Shown: piece by piece, positions 33,180-45,415 of the stretch
Position numbering within the stretch: position 1 is the first letter of the stretch
Layout: each line of letters begins with the position of its first letter
From: Utricularia gibba
Taxonomy: Eukaryota; Plantae; Magnoliophyta
Direction: 5' to 3'
Length of the DNA stretch: 64,000 bases
Assembly (NCBI GenBank): GCA_002189035.1
Contig: CM007991.1
Span: forward strand, 4,836,001 to 4,900,000
Made by a program: the position numbers and the translations under genes
Notes under the pieces: model-generated
What the model saw: the letters and a program-made list of their open reading frames with translations, nothing else
Databases searched by the model: none
Told to the model about the DNA's origin: nothing

Positions 33180-35255
33180 TCAATCATCAATATGCATGAT
33201 TCAGATCAAGAGCAAGTGGAATACTCTTTGAAAATACTCGGGTTGCTATAGAGGATTGACCAAAATGACTTGGATAGGCTGGGATGATGATGGTTGGACT
33301 ATCAAGATGGATGCTGAGTGGTGGTATCTTCATATTCAGGTTATTATGATTTTTTTTTAATCATTACTATCATTATTTTTATGAGTTTTGTTTTTAATAG
33401 CACACGGTTTCTTTGAGTGTTGCTGGTGGTAGGATGGGATATGACACTCTTAGCTTTTATGATGATTCACTTTTTCATTAATGAGACTTTGTAGCAATGT
33501 AATAGTAATGCAGCTTTTCCTTTATCACTTTGTGTCATTTTCATGTCAGAGTGATGTACTCGTTACTTGTGTTACACATCACTTGCTTCACATGACTCTC
33601 TAAAGAGTTCTATTTCCCTCTATTTAAATGGAAGTCTTGGCTTCAATTGAAGTGAGCAAGCATGATGAATCAATCATCATTGTCAACAAGCCACTCGTCA
33701 TCCTCCATAAAAGAAGATAGTGATGAGGAATTATCTTAGTTGCAGATGTCAATCCTTGCTAGTGGAAGGGAATTATTGTGGGTAACTACCATCAACAATA
33801 TCTGGTACGACAACCTGTCCATGATTGTTCAATATCGGGTTGGGCATTATTATTGTCAATGTTAAATGGGGCAGACATCAGAGCATACCAAGACTTACGC
33901 ATGAAGCCTTCAGTCTTTCTTAAATTTTGCAGCGTGTTAGTTGATGAGTACGGCTTGAAAAAGTAACGTCATGTTACTGTAGAAGAAGAAGTTGCTATAA
34001 TTTTTAAGATTGTTGGAACTCGAATGGTGAATCGAAGTTTACAGGAGTTTTTTCAATGTGGTGCAGACACTATTAGCACTTCACTACATAATGTTTTAAA
34101 AGCTTGTTGCCGAATGGCAGATACATGGATTAAGCCTACGAGGGATTATACACAGGTATCACCTTATATTAGAAACATAACTCAATATTATCCTTATTTT
34201 GAGGGCTGTGTTGGTGCAAACGATGGTACCCATATAAAAGCTTGTGTGCCTGCGAATGAAAGAGTTCGTTACATTGGACGAAAAGGTGTTCCTACACAAA
34301 ATATTCTAGCAGCATGTTATTTCAATTTATCATTCACTTTTGTTGCTGCTGGGTGTGAAGGTACTTGGAATGATAGAAGAATGTTGATGGAGTGTTTGCG
34401 AAATGTCGACGACAAATTTCCCAAACCGCTTCATGTTTGTTTGATTGTCTAATTTATTTTGTCTATAGATACATTTATCAATTATTTCTTTTTTAAATTT
34501 GAATATATGCAGGGAAGTATTATTTGGTTGACGCTGGCTTTGCCAATACTAATGGTTATATGGCTCCATATCCCCGTACACGATATCACCTCCCTGAATG
34601 GAAACGTGGCAAGGCATAGCTATAATAGACTAGAAGAGTTATTCAACCATAGGCATTCAGCATTACGTTCTATTATTGAAAGAGTATTCACAATTTGGAA
34701 AAAGCATTTTTGTATGGTCAATGACATGCCATGATATTTGAAATTATATCATCAAGTTCGATTAGTTGTAGAAACTGTGGCTATTCATAATTTTCTTCGC
34801 CAAGTTAGTGCCGAAGATGATGGATCTGAGTTGAGTGTCTATGAAGATCTTAATCCATTGCTTGCGGGTGATGATGATGATCCTATTGAAGACAATGCTA
34901 CTGAATTAGAAGAATCTGGTTCAATGATGACAATTAGAGGCAACATTCATGATCAACTCTAGAGAAATCATACTAGGATTATTTAGTTGAGCTTGGTTTG
35001 TGTTTTATTATATTGAGTTTTGTTATTTAATTATGTATGTTTATCTCATTATGAACTTTATTATTAATTACTATTTTTACTCTTCAAAAGTATTTTTTCC
35101 AAAACACTATCACATTTGAAAAATATTTCTCTATCTATTTTTGCAATTTTTCACGAATACATCATTTCTATTTCTAATTCTTCAAAAAATTTCTATTTCT
35201 ATTTTTTATTTTTCCAAAAGTAAAAACAACATTCAAAAATTTTCAAGAACACACC
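33180..35255 (+). mobile_element. PIF/Harbinger element (Harbinger-3), different clade, Myb fragment then transposase in tandem
   Basis: IGWDDDGWTIKMDAEW Myb fragment (~33270-33330). Right end aagaacacacc near 35255. Left end not resolved. Confidence 0.7.
33720..34962 (+). pseudogene. Harbinger-3 DDE transposase
   Basis: LRMKPSVFLKFC, FEGCVGANDGTHI, RYIGRKGVPTQNILAAC, GKYYLVDAGF, FNHRHSALRSIIERVF, AIHNFLR. Confidence 0.9.
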
Positions 35256-35259
35256 TATA

Positions 35260-35520
35260 GTGACCTTGTATCTGGACTCATTGTCTCATTCGCTACACTT
35301 GGGCACATGTACGTAATTCTTCCATTAGGGTACGGTGACAGGATCTCTTATCTTTACATTCGTCCAAGGAAGAGCATCATCGGGCTATTCATGTGCCTTC
35401 TTGCAAGAGAGTGTAAGGGAGGGTAGGCAATTTTTTACTCCTATAACCGAGTACCCTAGAAGATCAAAGAAGAATGGAGACGTGATGAATGTAGTTGGGC
35501 TGGATACCAATCCCAAGAAT
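35260..35520 (+). mobile_element. Internal fragment of a family A Athila LTR
   Basis: Matches 3663-3925 (gtgacct..tatctggactcatt...cttgcaagagagtgtaagggagggtaggcaatt). Confidence 0.85.
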
Positions 35521-35586
35521 CCGTGATCCCACCATCCCCGCAAACTTTTAGCAGATTCACCTAGTAGGTAAATTTTATAAGTATTG

Positions 35587-36697
35587 TGATGGTAATTTTG
35601 CAAGTGCACATAAATCGTCGAAGTAATAAAATAAGATCTTATCCATAGAGATTTTTTATTGGAATTTTCTTTTCAAACAAAGACTTAAAAAGACTGAAAA
35701 TAAAAGAAAAATTTGGTTTTAAGACAATGAAGAAAAAGTGACCTTGGATATAAGATCCACCTTGCTCAAAACGCGTCCAAACTTGTGAGTGCAAACGTTG
35801 AGGATTGACCTGCTTGCACAAGTTTTGGGGTGATTTTAAAATAGTGCAACTCGTTATAGCACCTTCCCTTGTTTAGTGGGATTATAGAATCAACCATGCC
35901 ACCAGAGCCATTTCACCTTTTATGATAACCCATGTTTTCCACACACCCAAATCTAGCCCTTACACATCACACCTCATAGACAGATCAGAAAGAATGTGTC
36001 TAACCAACAATCTTCTCCTTAGGTGATTAGACAGATTAGATTCTCTCACACTCCCTTTGGGTTATGTGATATTAAAGAACACATTGGTAAAGAAAATGTT
36101 ACAAAAATAGAATCAAACCTCAAATTAAATGTTGAAAAATATAGTAAAAAGTTCACACACGCAGGACTTGCGAGAGCAACGCTTCACCCCAAGAGCTCAA
36201 ACACATGAGCTTGAGTCTAACATGAAAATAGACACACAAATAAAAAAAACACAAAGGAATAGTGGTCAAAAGACATCTCTAATGATTGAGAGAGTGAGGT
36301 ATTTATAGGAGAGCATATCTAAGTCTTCGTATTGGGCTTGCTTGATGGGCTTGGATAAGATTTTCTATCCAAATATTTTATTCTAATTTTCCAAGATCAT
36401 CTTCAAATTTTTATTTTATCAACGAATCTTGGATCAAATCTTTGTCATTTGACCGAGTCTTGGGCTAAGATTCGTGGCCCATCAAGTCCATAATTTGGTG
36501 AGTCTTGATTTCTCCTCAAGTTGATCCAAAAATACCCTAAAATCAACAAAATACAATTTCTCTCCAAAAAGATCAAAGTAGTGTGAAAGATGAAAAATTA
36601 ATTGAAAATAATGAGAAAGTGAAGTCTAAGATAAGTGAAAAAAACATTCAAGAGTAATGGAAAAACATTTTTTGAAACAACACAAAATCACTTATCA
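35587..36697 (-). mobile_element. Athila-type solo LTR (1111 bp)
   Basis: On minus it starts tgataagtg and ends gtgcacttgcaaaattaccatca. TATTG TSD at 35582-35586 and 36698-36702. Confidence 0.88.
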
Positions 36698-38323
36698 TAT
36701 TGTCATTGATTTTCTCAATGACTTGAAAGGGTTCGTCTCCTTCTGGTGGAAGCTTTGAATGTCTCTTGATTGGAAATGTACCCAAGCTCAATCTCTTAGC
36801 TATAGGATTACTTACTTTCTATTCTTGTTTGCCTTTGCTACATACTCCTTACTTTTGGTATCTAGTTGGTTTCAAACTTTTTCATGAAGTGCTCTGATGG
36901 CATTTGGTCTCTTAACACTGTCAAAGCTATGAAATTAATTAGATGACAATGGCAACAAGTCTATTGGAGCACGAAGATTAAATCCATACACAATGTCAAA
37001 AGGAGAGTAATGGGTAGAAAACTGTACCGCTCTACTGTATGCATACTCAATATGAGGCAAGCAACAATGTTTTCCATAACTTTCTTATATTTGATGGCAT
37101 ATGGAAATGCATCAATAAGTTCCACCCATTCTGTATGTTTTCTATTGAGGTTTCTTTGACACTTAACATGCTTCAAACTCTTGTGGTATGTATGGATCAC
37201 AAATTCGTTGTACCAAATATAATGTTTCTGAATTTCTAGTGGTCTTACCAATGAGTATAGCTCTGTAATTGTAAGTTGGGAAATTGAGCATGACTCCACC
37301 TGGCTTTTCATTGAAGTATTCAATGAGTCACCCTCCTTGCCTTAGATTTACAACTATTCTAACTCCAGAAGTATCACATTCAATTTCAAATATTTTAGAA
37401 AAATCAAGTAATGCAAATAAAAAAGCTTTGCTGAACTTATCCTTAATCTTCTGGAATGCAAGCTCTCGTGCTATTCCAACTCCAGAAGTATCACATTTTT
37501 CTTGATAACCTTATTCAATGGTGCAACGAGTATGCTGAAATCCTTAATAAAATGATGGTAGAATTTACCAATTCATTGAAACTACTTACTTCTCCAATTG
37601 TAATAGGAGTGGACCATTCCCTAATATCTTTTACCTTTTTCTCATCAACTGAAATTCCTGCATTACTCACAATGTAGCCAAGAAAAAAGATTTTATTTGT
37701 GCAAAAGTCACACTTCTTGATATTAGCATAGAGACACTCTTTTCCCAAGACAAGTAGCACATCACGTAAATGACATATATGTTCTTCCAATGTTTTACTA
37801 TACACAAGAATAGAAACAAAGTAAACAACAAAAAATTTATCAAGAAAGGGATGCAACACAGGATTCATCAATCTCATGAAAGTATTAGATGCATTAATCA
37901 ATCCAAGATGCATAACCAACCATTCATATAAACCAAACTTAGTTTTGAAAGCACCCTTCCATTCATCTCTCTTCCTTATCCTAATTTGATGATATCTACT
38001 ACACAAATCAATCTTAGAGAACATGCATGACTCACGTAATTCATTTAGCATATCATCAAGCCTAGGTATAGGATGGATGTACTTGACTGTTATTTGGTTG
38101 ACGACTCGACAATGTGCGCACATTCTTCATGTTTCATTAAATTGTGGCAACAATAACACTAGAAGAGAGCATGAATTATCACTTTCTCTCGGCACGAGTT
38201 CCTCTACTTGGCATTGAATCTCCTCAATTTCTTTTGGGTTGGCCATATAATCAGCACGATTTGGGATTTGAGAACCTGGAAAAAAGTCAATTTGATATAT
38301 GTTCCTTGGTATGGCAGAAATCA
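36698..38323 (-). mobile_element. CRM-like gypsy pol remnant (RT, partial RNase H and integrase)
   Basis: [12 protein letters not shown]...FSKIDL..YHQIRI...[14 protein letters not shown]; GDEPFQVIEKINDN continues as TYKIYLLGE left of the solo LTR. Confidence 0.85.
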
Positions 38324-39573
38324 TGATGACACACATTTTCTTTGCACTTTATAATGCAAAACTATAATGTTTTACTATGGTTTAAGTTAGGTTTGTGTGG
38401 TTTTTCATGTTTTATGTTTTGTTTATGTTAATTTATGTTAATTACAAATGTTTAATTAAGTTCAGCAGGAGGATTAGCAGCAAAATCAGATTGAGAGATA
38501 TGTGGATCAAGTTAAAGGGCACAACATCCGAAGGGAGACAAAGAGCACTGTTCTGCCACCAAAAGGATGCAAGTTCAGGTCGATCAAAAAAGTGCAATGA
38601 AGTAAAGGAGGGGACATCTTTTTGGAGGAGAGAGAGACCCCAAGAGGGTGAGTAGTAGGAATCACACACAAAGAAGCTCCAACAACATGAACACCGACCA
38701 AAAAAGGGGAAGAAGGAGATTCTCATGAAGAAGACTTCCATCCTCAAGAACACCACCATAAACCAATTCAACGCTAATGTTTTGGGCCGTGAACAGTAGC
38801 AAACAGAAATTAGAAAAATCTTTTACTTTCTTTTCGTTTGCTGAATGTTTTTAGTTTCTATGACTGACTTCCTCACAATGTTTCTGTTACTTTGGCTATT
38901 TCATCTTAATGATATTATGTTCCATTTTCCAAGTATGAGTGGCTAGATCTTAGGGATGCCTTAAAGGTATAGCATTGTGATGTGGGGCTAGGGTTCATAA
39001 GAGATTTGATCAATCTATCTTAGCTTTCATTTCTATCATTCCATGGGTACACCTAAAGGGGGAAATAAATAGCTTTGCAACTCAAATGCTTGATTTAGAG
39101 GTAGACTAAAAAATCAAGGGGAGAATAATAGGTATTAGTCCTGGGTAGACATAGTAGAACCGGGTAGATTTTGCATGAGGGTAGACCTAATTGTGAAATT
39201 GGTGATGATATTGAGGATTATCTTAGCCGAAAACATAATAAATTATCTGGGTAGACTTAGATTGTTTAGAGTTGTGAGTATAGGAATATTGTCAATTGAA
39301 TTAAGGACCTTAGTACCACATCACCTGCATACCCATAAGGCATCTTACTGTTACTTTGTACTAGAAATCATATTGTTACTTTCAATGTTGAGACTTGATA
39401 TTGTTTGCTGAACTTGACTACTACTGTTAGTTTGAGCTTAGACTAAGAACAATGCTTATTCTGAATTCTGTATTTTCTAAAACACTTTGCAAGCACCAGC
39501 TCCTTGTGATCGACCTCGAAATCCACTATACAAGTTTTCTAAATTCGTATTTTGTGTAGATTAAGGCTTATCA
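38324..39573 (+). mobile_element. Athila-type LTR (solo-like)
   Basis: tgatgacacacattttc...ggcttatca ends; atgagtggctag motif. Flanks belong to two different elements. Confidence 0.55.
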
Positions 39574-42500
39574 AATGAGGTTCCAATAGGACTCTTGTAT
39601 GCTGTTCGTATGGCCCAAAGTGCATCCTTCAACCTCATGCTCCAATCTTTCCTATTTGGATTAACAACTTTCTCTAGGATTTGTTTGATTTCCCTATTGG
39701 AGACTTCAGTTTGTCCGTTAGTTTGTGGATGGTATGCTGTAAAAGGCTTGAAAAAAACATTAAAATGTTTCAAAACACTTCTTAAGGCCTAGTTGTAAAA
39801 ATGGGTTCCCCTATCACTGATCATAGCATTAGAAGTTCCATATCACGTGAAGGTATTGTTGCACGAGAAGTTAATCATAGGCTTTGCATCATCAGTCCAT
39901 GTAGGGATTGCCTCAATCCAATTGGAAACATAATCAACCGCAACCAAAATATAATTCTAACCTGCTGATGTAGGAAATGGTCCAATAAAATCTATACTGC
40001 ATACATCAAATAACTCACATACTAGAATTCCTTATAGAGGCATTTCATTTCTATTTGATAAATTTCCCACCATTTTCCATGGTTCACAACCTTTGCCATA
40101 ATCATAACAATCTCTGAAAAAATGAGTCCAATAGAATCAACAATCTAGAATTTTTCTAGTTGTTCTATTTGGTTCATGATGACCACCAAAAGGTCCTGCA
40201 TGAAAAGAATCAATGATTTTTGTATCTCTTCCATAAATATGGATCATCCTATATATAGTATTTGGCATCACTCTTTAACTTGTTCCTCGTATGATAGTCT
40301 ATTCCAGGTGGCATCACCACTATTGAGACGAAGTTTGCAAGATCAGCAAACCAGGATTCGCGTATAGTAGTCCGAACTGAGAATAGTTGTTCATCCGGAA
40401 ACGTCTCAGTGATGATTCCATCTCCTTCACTTCCTTCAATTCTGCTAAGATGATCAGCCATAAGGTTCTTTCTTCTAGGCCTGTACTTTATCTTGACATC
40501 AAACTCTTAAACTAGAAGGACCCATTTGATAAGTCTTGGTTTGGAATCCTTTTTCTACATCAAGTGCTTCATCGTTGAATGATTAGTTTATACCACCACT
40601 TTGCTACCTAAAAGATAAGAATGAAATTTTTCCAAGGTTAAAATAACGACAAGAAATTCCCTTTCAGTGACGATATAATTTTTCTAGACTTCGTCCAAGG
40701 TTTTTGAAGCATAAGAGATAACATAGTGCTTCCCTTCAATTTTCTGTCCCAAAAAAGCACCCACACCATGATTACTTGCATCACATATGATCTCAAAATC
40801 ATACCTCCAATCAGGTGGTTCCATCACAGGTTCATTAGTAACAGCTTTTTTCAAAGAATTAAAAGTATGCTTACATGAATCATCAAAATTAAAGGCAATA
40901 TCATTATGCAAATGCCTACTAAGAGGCAAAATAATTTTCAAAAATTTTTTAATGAACCTTCTATAAAAACCAACATATGCTATAAAAACCAAAAATTTTT
41001 TCACATCAATAGGGTAAGGAAGTTCAGTCATAATCTCTATTTTCGCCTTATCTACTTCAATTCCCTTTTTCGAAATCACATGCCCTAAAACAATTCCATG
41101 ATCCACCATAAAATGACATTTTTCAGAATTCAAAACTCAGCTCTTTTCCACACATTTTTCAGAATCCAAATGATCTAAACATGACTCAGAATTTTCTCCA
41201 TCTACCGCAGTCATCCATATATATTTCAGTAAAATCCTCACCAAAATTGAAAAAAATACTAGTCATGCACCTCTGAAATGTGGTTGGGACATTACACAAC
41301 CCAAAAGGCGTTCTCCTATAAGCATAAGTTCCAATGGGCATGTGAAGGTTGTCTTATCTTGGTCCTACCCTAAAATAGGAACCTGATTATATCTAGAATA
41401 TTCATCCAAAAACGAATAAAACGATTTTCCTCCCAATTTTTCCAATATGTGATCAAAAAAGGCAAAGAATAATGATCTTTCTTTGTAACTTCATTTAATT
41501 TTCAGTAATCTATGTAAACACGCCATCCATTTTGCACATTTTGTGGAACAAGCTCGCCTTTCTCATTTTCCATCACAGTTATCTCAGACTTCTTTGGCAC
41601 AACATGATTGGGGTTCACCCACTCACTATCTGTGATAGAGTAAATAATCTCTGCATCATGAAGTTTAACAATTTCTTTTCTTACCACTTCCATCATATTT
41701 GGGTTGAGGCGTCTCTGAGGTTTACGAACTGGTTTGTCTCCATCCTCCATGAAAATTCTGTGCATGCATATCCCTTCAATGGCATCAAGCGTCCAACCTA
41801 TTGCCTTTTTGTTTCTGTTCAATCTTGGTTTGAGCTCAGAACAGAGGAGATGATAATGGGGTTTCTAAGCTCTGCGTCAAGAAAAAATATATTTTAAATG
41901 ATTAGGCAATAGTTTCAATTCAGCTAACCTTTCTTCCTGAGTCTTGGCTTGCAGCACATTTAATTTCTAGAATTTTTCATCAACTTTCAGTTTCGCAAGT
42001 AGAGATTCTTCATGAGCCTCTTGTTTTTCTTGAATTTATTTCTCCAAGTGCTCCTCAATGAGTCCACTCATCACATCTACTGCAAAAATGCTCTCTAAAT
42101 CATTGGGATAATTCTTCACATTTTCAATTTCGAGTGTAATTCTATCTTCATCAAAAGAGAGCTCAATAGTCCCCACCATCACATTGATGATATCGTTTGA
42201 TGTACTCAAAAATGGTCTCTCCAAAATAATAGTAGTGACTTTAGATCCTTCAGTAGGTATGTTCACAACATAGAAATCGGCTTGGAACACCAAGTGCTCT
42301 ATTTTCACCAAAACATCCTCCACCAAGCAATTGGGAGAAATCACTCTCCTATCCTAGCTCAATTTGAACACCCAATACTTGAAAAGGTCCCAACCTAAGT
42401 GTCTCAAAAACAGAATTTGATTTGACACTTATAGAAGCTCCCAAGTCTGTCATAGCTCTCCTGATGCACAAATCTCTTATTTTGCATGGGATAAAAAAAG

Positions 42501-43935
42501 TACCTAGATCCTTGCATTTTTCGAGTAGTTTCCATGTGAGAAGTGCTGAGCAACTTTCACTTAATTTCACCTTACTTTTCTTTTTTTGGGTTTAGACATA
42601 CATAGCTGCTTTAAATATTTGACACTCTTTAGCACAAGATTAATATACTCCAAGAGAGTTAAATTTACTCTCCTGCAAATTCTATTGAAACAATCATAAT
42701 ACTCTTGCAAGTTTTCTCCTTCGCTCTGCATCATGGTAGTCAAAGCTCTCCTTCTGGCGAAGCTCCTCCTAGTGGTGCTCTCATGTGGCGATAGATGAAG
42801 GTGGAAGTCCATAGAGCCACTCCAAAGCTCGTTCAGTAAGACTGAAGGGAAATACTCAAAGTTTAACTGGATTCTCCGTAGCTCCCTTGGGGTGCATGGA
42901 TGCACAAGCCATGTGCAACTCACATAGATGATGGTTACGGTCGTCATTTTCCCTTCCAGCAAACTTTGGAAGTGTCTGGAATAAGTAAAGACGTAGCTCA
43001 TAGTCTTCTTCTCCATCAAAGATGATGCATAAGGGACGGTCTGAGTGATTTGCAATGATTTCCTCCTTGGTGGTCCGTAGTGCTGGTTCACGGTTAGCGG
43101 GAAGTAATACTAGAAAGTTTCCATGAGGTTGTTCTCCCTAAGTCTTAGGCACTATTGGTACTCTAACGGGTAAACGTGCTGCCATGATGTCTCCAGTGAT
43201 TGAACAAGAGGTATGCTCTCTCTTTTTAGAAAGAAAGGTTCTAAAAAGGATATAGAACTTCTCGGTATGATTTCCTCCTTGGTGGACCTGGCTGCATAAA
43301 AAGAGAAAAATAGAGTAGAAACGGAAACAAGGAAAAGGAAGAAAAAGAGTAAAAGAAAGAAAAAGAAAAGGAAACACACAAAAAAGAAAAAGAAAAACGA
43401 AACTCACACACACAACACCAAACACAAAAAAAAATTCAACTCCCCGGCAACGGCGCCAAAAACTTGATGTGTGTCGTCTCCACAACAAATTTTAATATTT
43501 TTAAAACTCGTAAAATACAAAAGTGTAGTACGAGTTTCGAAGACAGCGAGTTGTTTTTCAGTGAAAGGTGAGGTACCCCGAATACAACTATCACGATTTA
43601 TAAACGGTTTTGAAAGTAAAAGGTGCGAGAAACGTTGATGATGAAGCTTGAGTAAGGGAATAAGAGGGGTTTTGAACAAACAACTAAAATAAACGTCAAC
43701 AATGAACCTTAAATAAACTGAATGTTCCTAGGTTTGGAATCTTGAACTTTGTTCGTTGTGTCTTCACTCTTCTATGGTCTTCTCGAGTACTCGGTTATAG
43801 GAGTAAGAAATTTCCTACTCTCCCTGGCAAGAAGGCACGGGAATAGCCCAATGTTGCTCCTCCTTGGACGAACGTGAGAATAAGAGATCTTGCCAGCGTA
43901 CCCTCACGGCCGAATTGCGCACGTGTGTCTGAGTG
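39574..43935 (-). mobile_element. Chimeric Athila element: family A partial LTR, PBS and gag start joined to family B protease-RT-RNase H-integrase
   Basis: LTR 43465-43935; PBS 43441-43458; junction near 42674. [56 protein letters not shown]. Confidence 0.85.
43441..43458 (-). other. Primer-binding site (tRNA-Asp type)
   Basis: Plus strand tccccggcaacggcgcca, the 18-nt 3' end of plant tRNA-Asp. Confidence 0.92.
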
Positions 43936-45415
43936 TATTGGGGTTCTCATAGACATCGTATGTCATAAAAGCAGCGGAATTTAAAAATTTTGAGAAACCC
44001 CCAACGCAGATCTTGGAATACGGTATACATCAGACTAAGGGATGCTGAAATACCTTTCAGATGACTCCGCTGTTTACCAACCATCAATAGGAGACGGCCT
44101 CTATGGTATCCACACGTGGAGCACCCCGTCGATAACCTTCTCAAGGCTTTTGAATGCTGGTCGAATTCCTCAGAAGCTAGTAGAGAAAAACGCCCCCTTG
44201 TCGATCATTCTCAGAGAGCACGAAGACTTGGAAGCAGATCTGTAGATTTAAATCTTTTGATAGATATATGGTAACATATTGAATCATATCTCCGTAAAGA
44301 TCTTACATGTGGAAATATGTATATGTTCCAATTCTTATCTATACAAAATCCTTTATTTTGAGTTTAATCAATATTAATCTCAAAATGACTCTCTATTTAA
44401 TTTAGCCACGTTACGAATTACATCTCATGTAATTGTGTCTTTTCATTTTATATCGATGAGTGACTCCACTATTGTGTGTGACCCTATAGGCTTCTTCAAT
44501 CAAAGCCGTAATAATAGATTTATTAATTAACTCTTAACTAATCAAATCCATCATTATCAATCATGAGTGATGTCTAGCAACATATCATGATCCCCAAGAT
44601 GTAAGAATAATCTGTTGAACTGATTGAGCCTTTCCATGACTAGTCACCATGCAATGAACAGTTTTCATCGTACTTATATCTCATTCGACACGAGAACATG
44701 GGTGTGTGTCTTTTTCTGATGTATCGAACTTATAATTACATCCAAGCACTAACACTCAATGACCTACTCAAACATTTCGAGTGTCATTACTCTGGGCCCA
44801 GGACTTACTACTAGGCTTTGATGTAATTATTTGAGATATGATCTCATCGCTAACATGAGTGATGAATCCTTTATTAATCAATCAACTATCTCCAACCTTA
44901 AAGAGTCACATCCCTACTCATCCATACTAGGCAAGCCATGGTTAGGCACCCATTAGTAATATCAATATAACTTTTGTTGACCTCAAGTTTAAGCTTAATT
45001 GCACGGCTGTCATATTCGAGATCTTGCTACTGACGCTTGGTTTGCTTCCCATAGTAGCATCTCGAAGATGAGTCATCCAGTGAATCGATTCTCTAATCGA
45101 CACCCACACATAGGTTCTAGTAATCTTATTAAATCAATTGTGAGAACGATTGCCTAAACAACTTAGGGAACTCAATGTGTGCCAGCTTATCCGTATTTGT
45201 GATATCATCATTTCACAAATACTCTAGTGAGGGAGTTTTTAACTTGATCATGAGTGCTTGAAGAATCTCACATTATGATCTCATCATAATTTCTATAGCA
45301 CATAGATCAAGTAGAGGATTTTATCAATGATATAAATTTGATCACAATTCAAAGTAAATATCATAAGATAAGATTTGCCAATGAGTTGATTGTCTCTAGA
45401 ACACATATACTAACA
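43936..45415 (-). mobile_element. Angela-like LTR, full length, no TSD
   Basis: tattgggg...actaaca; homologous to 56794-58292; flanks gagtg and aaaat. Confidence 0.9.
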
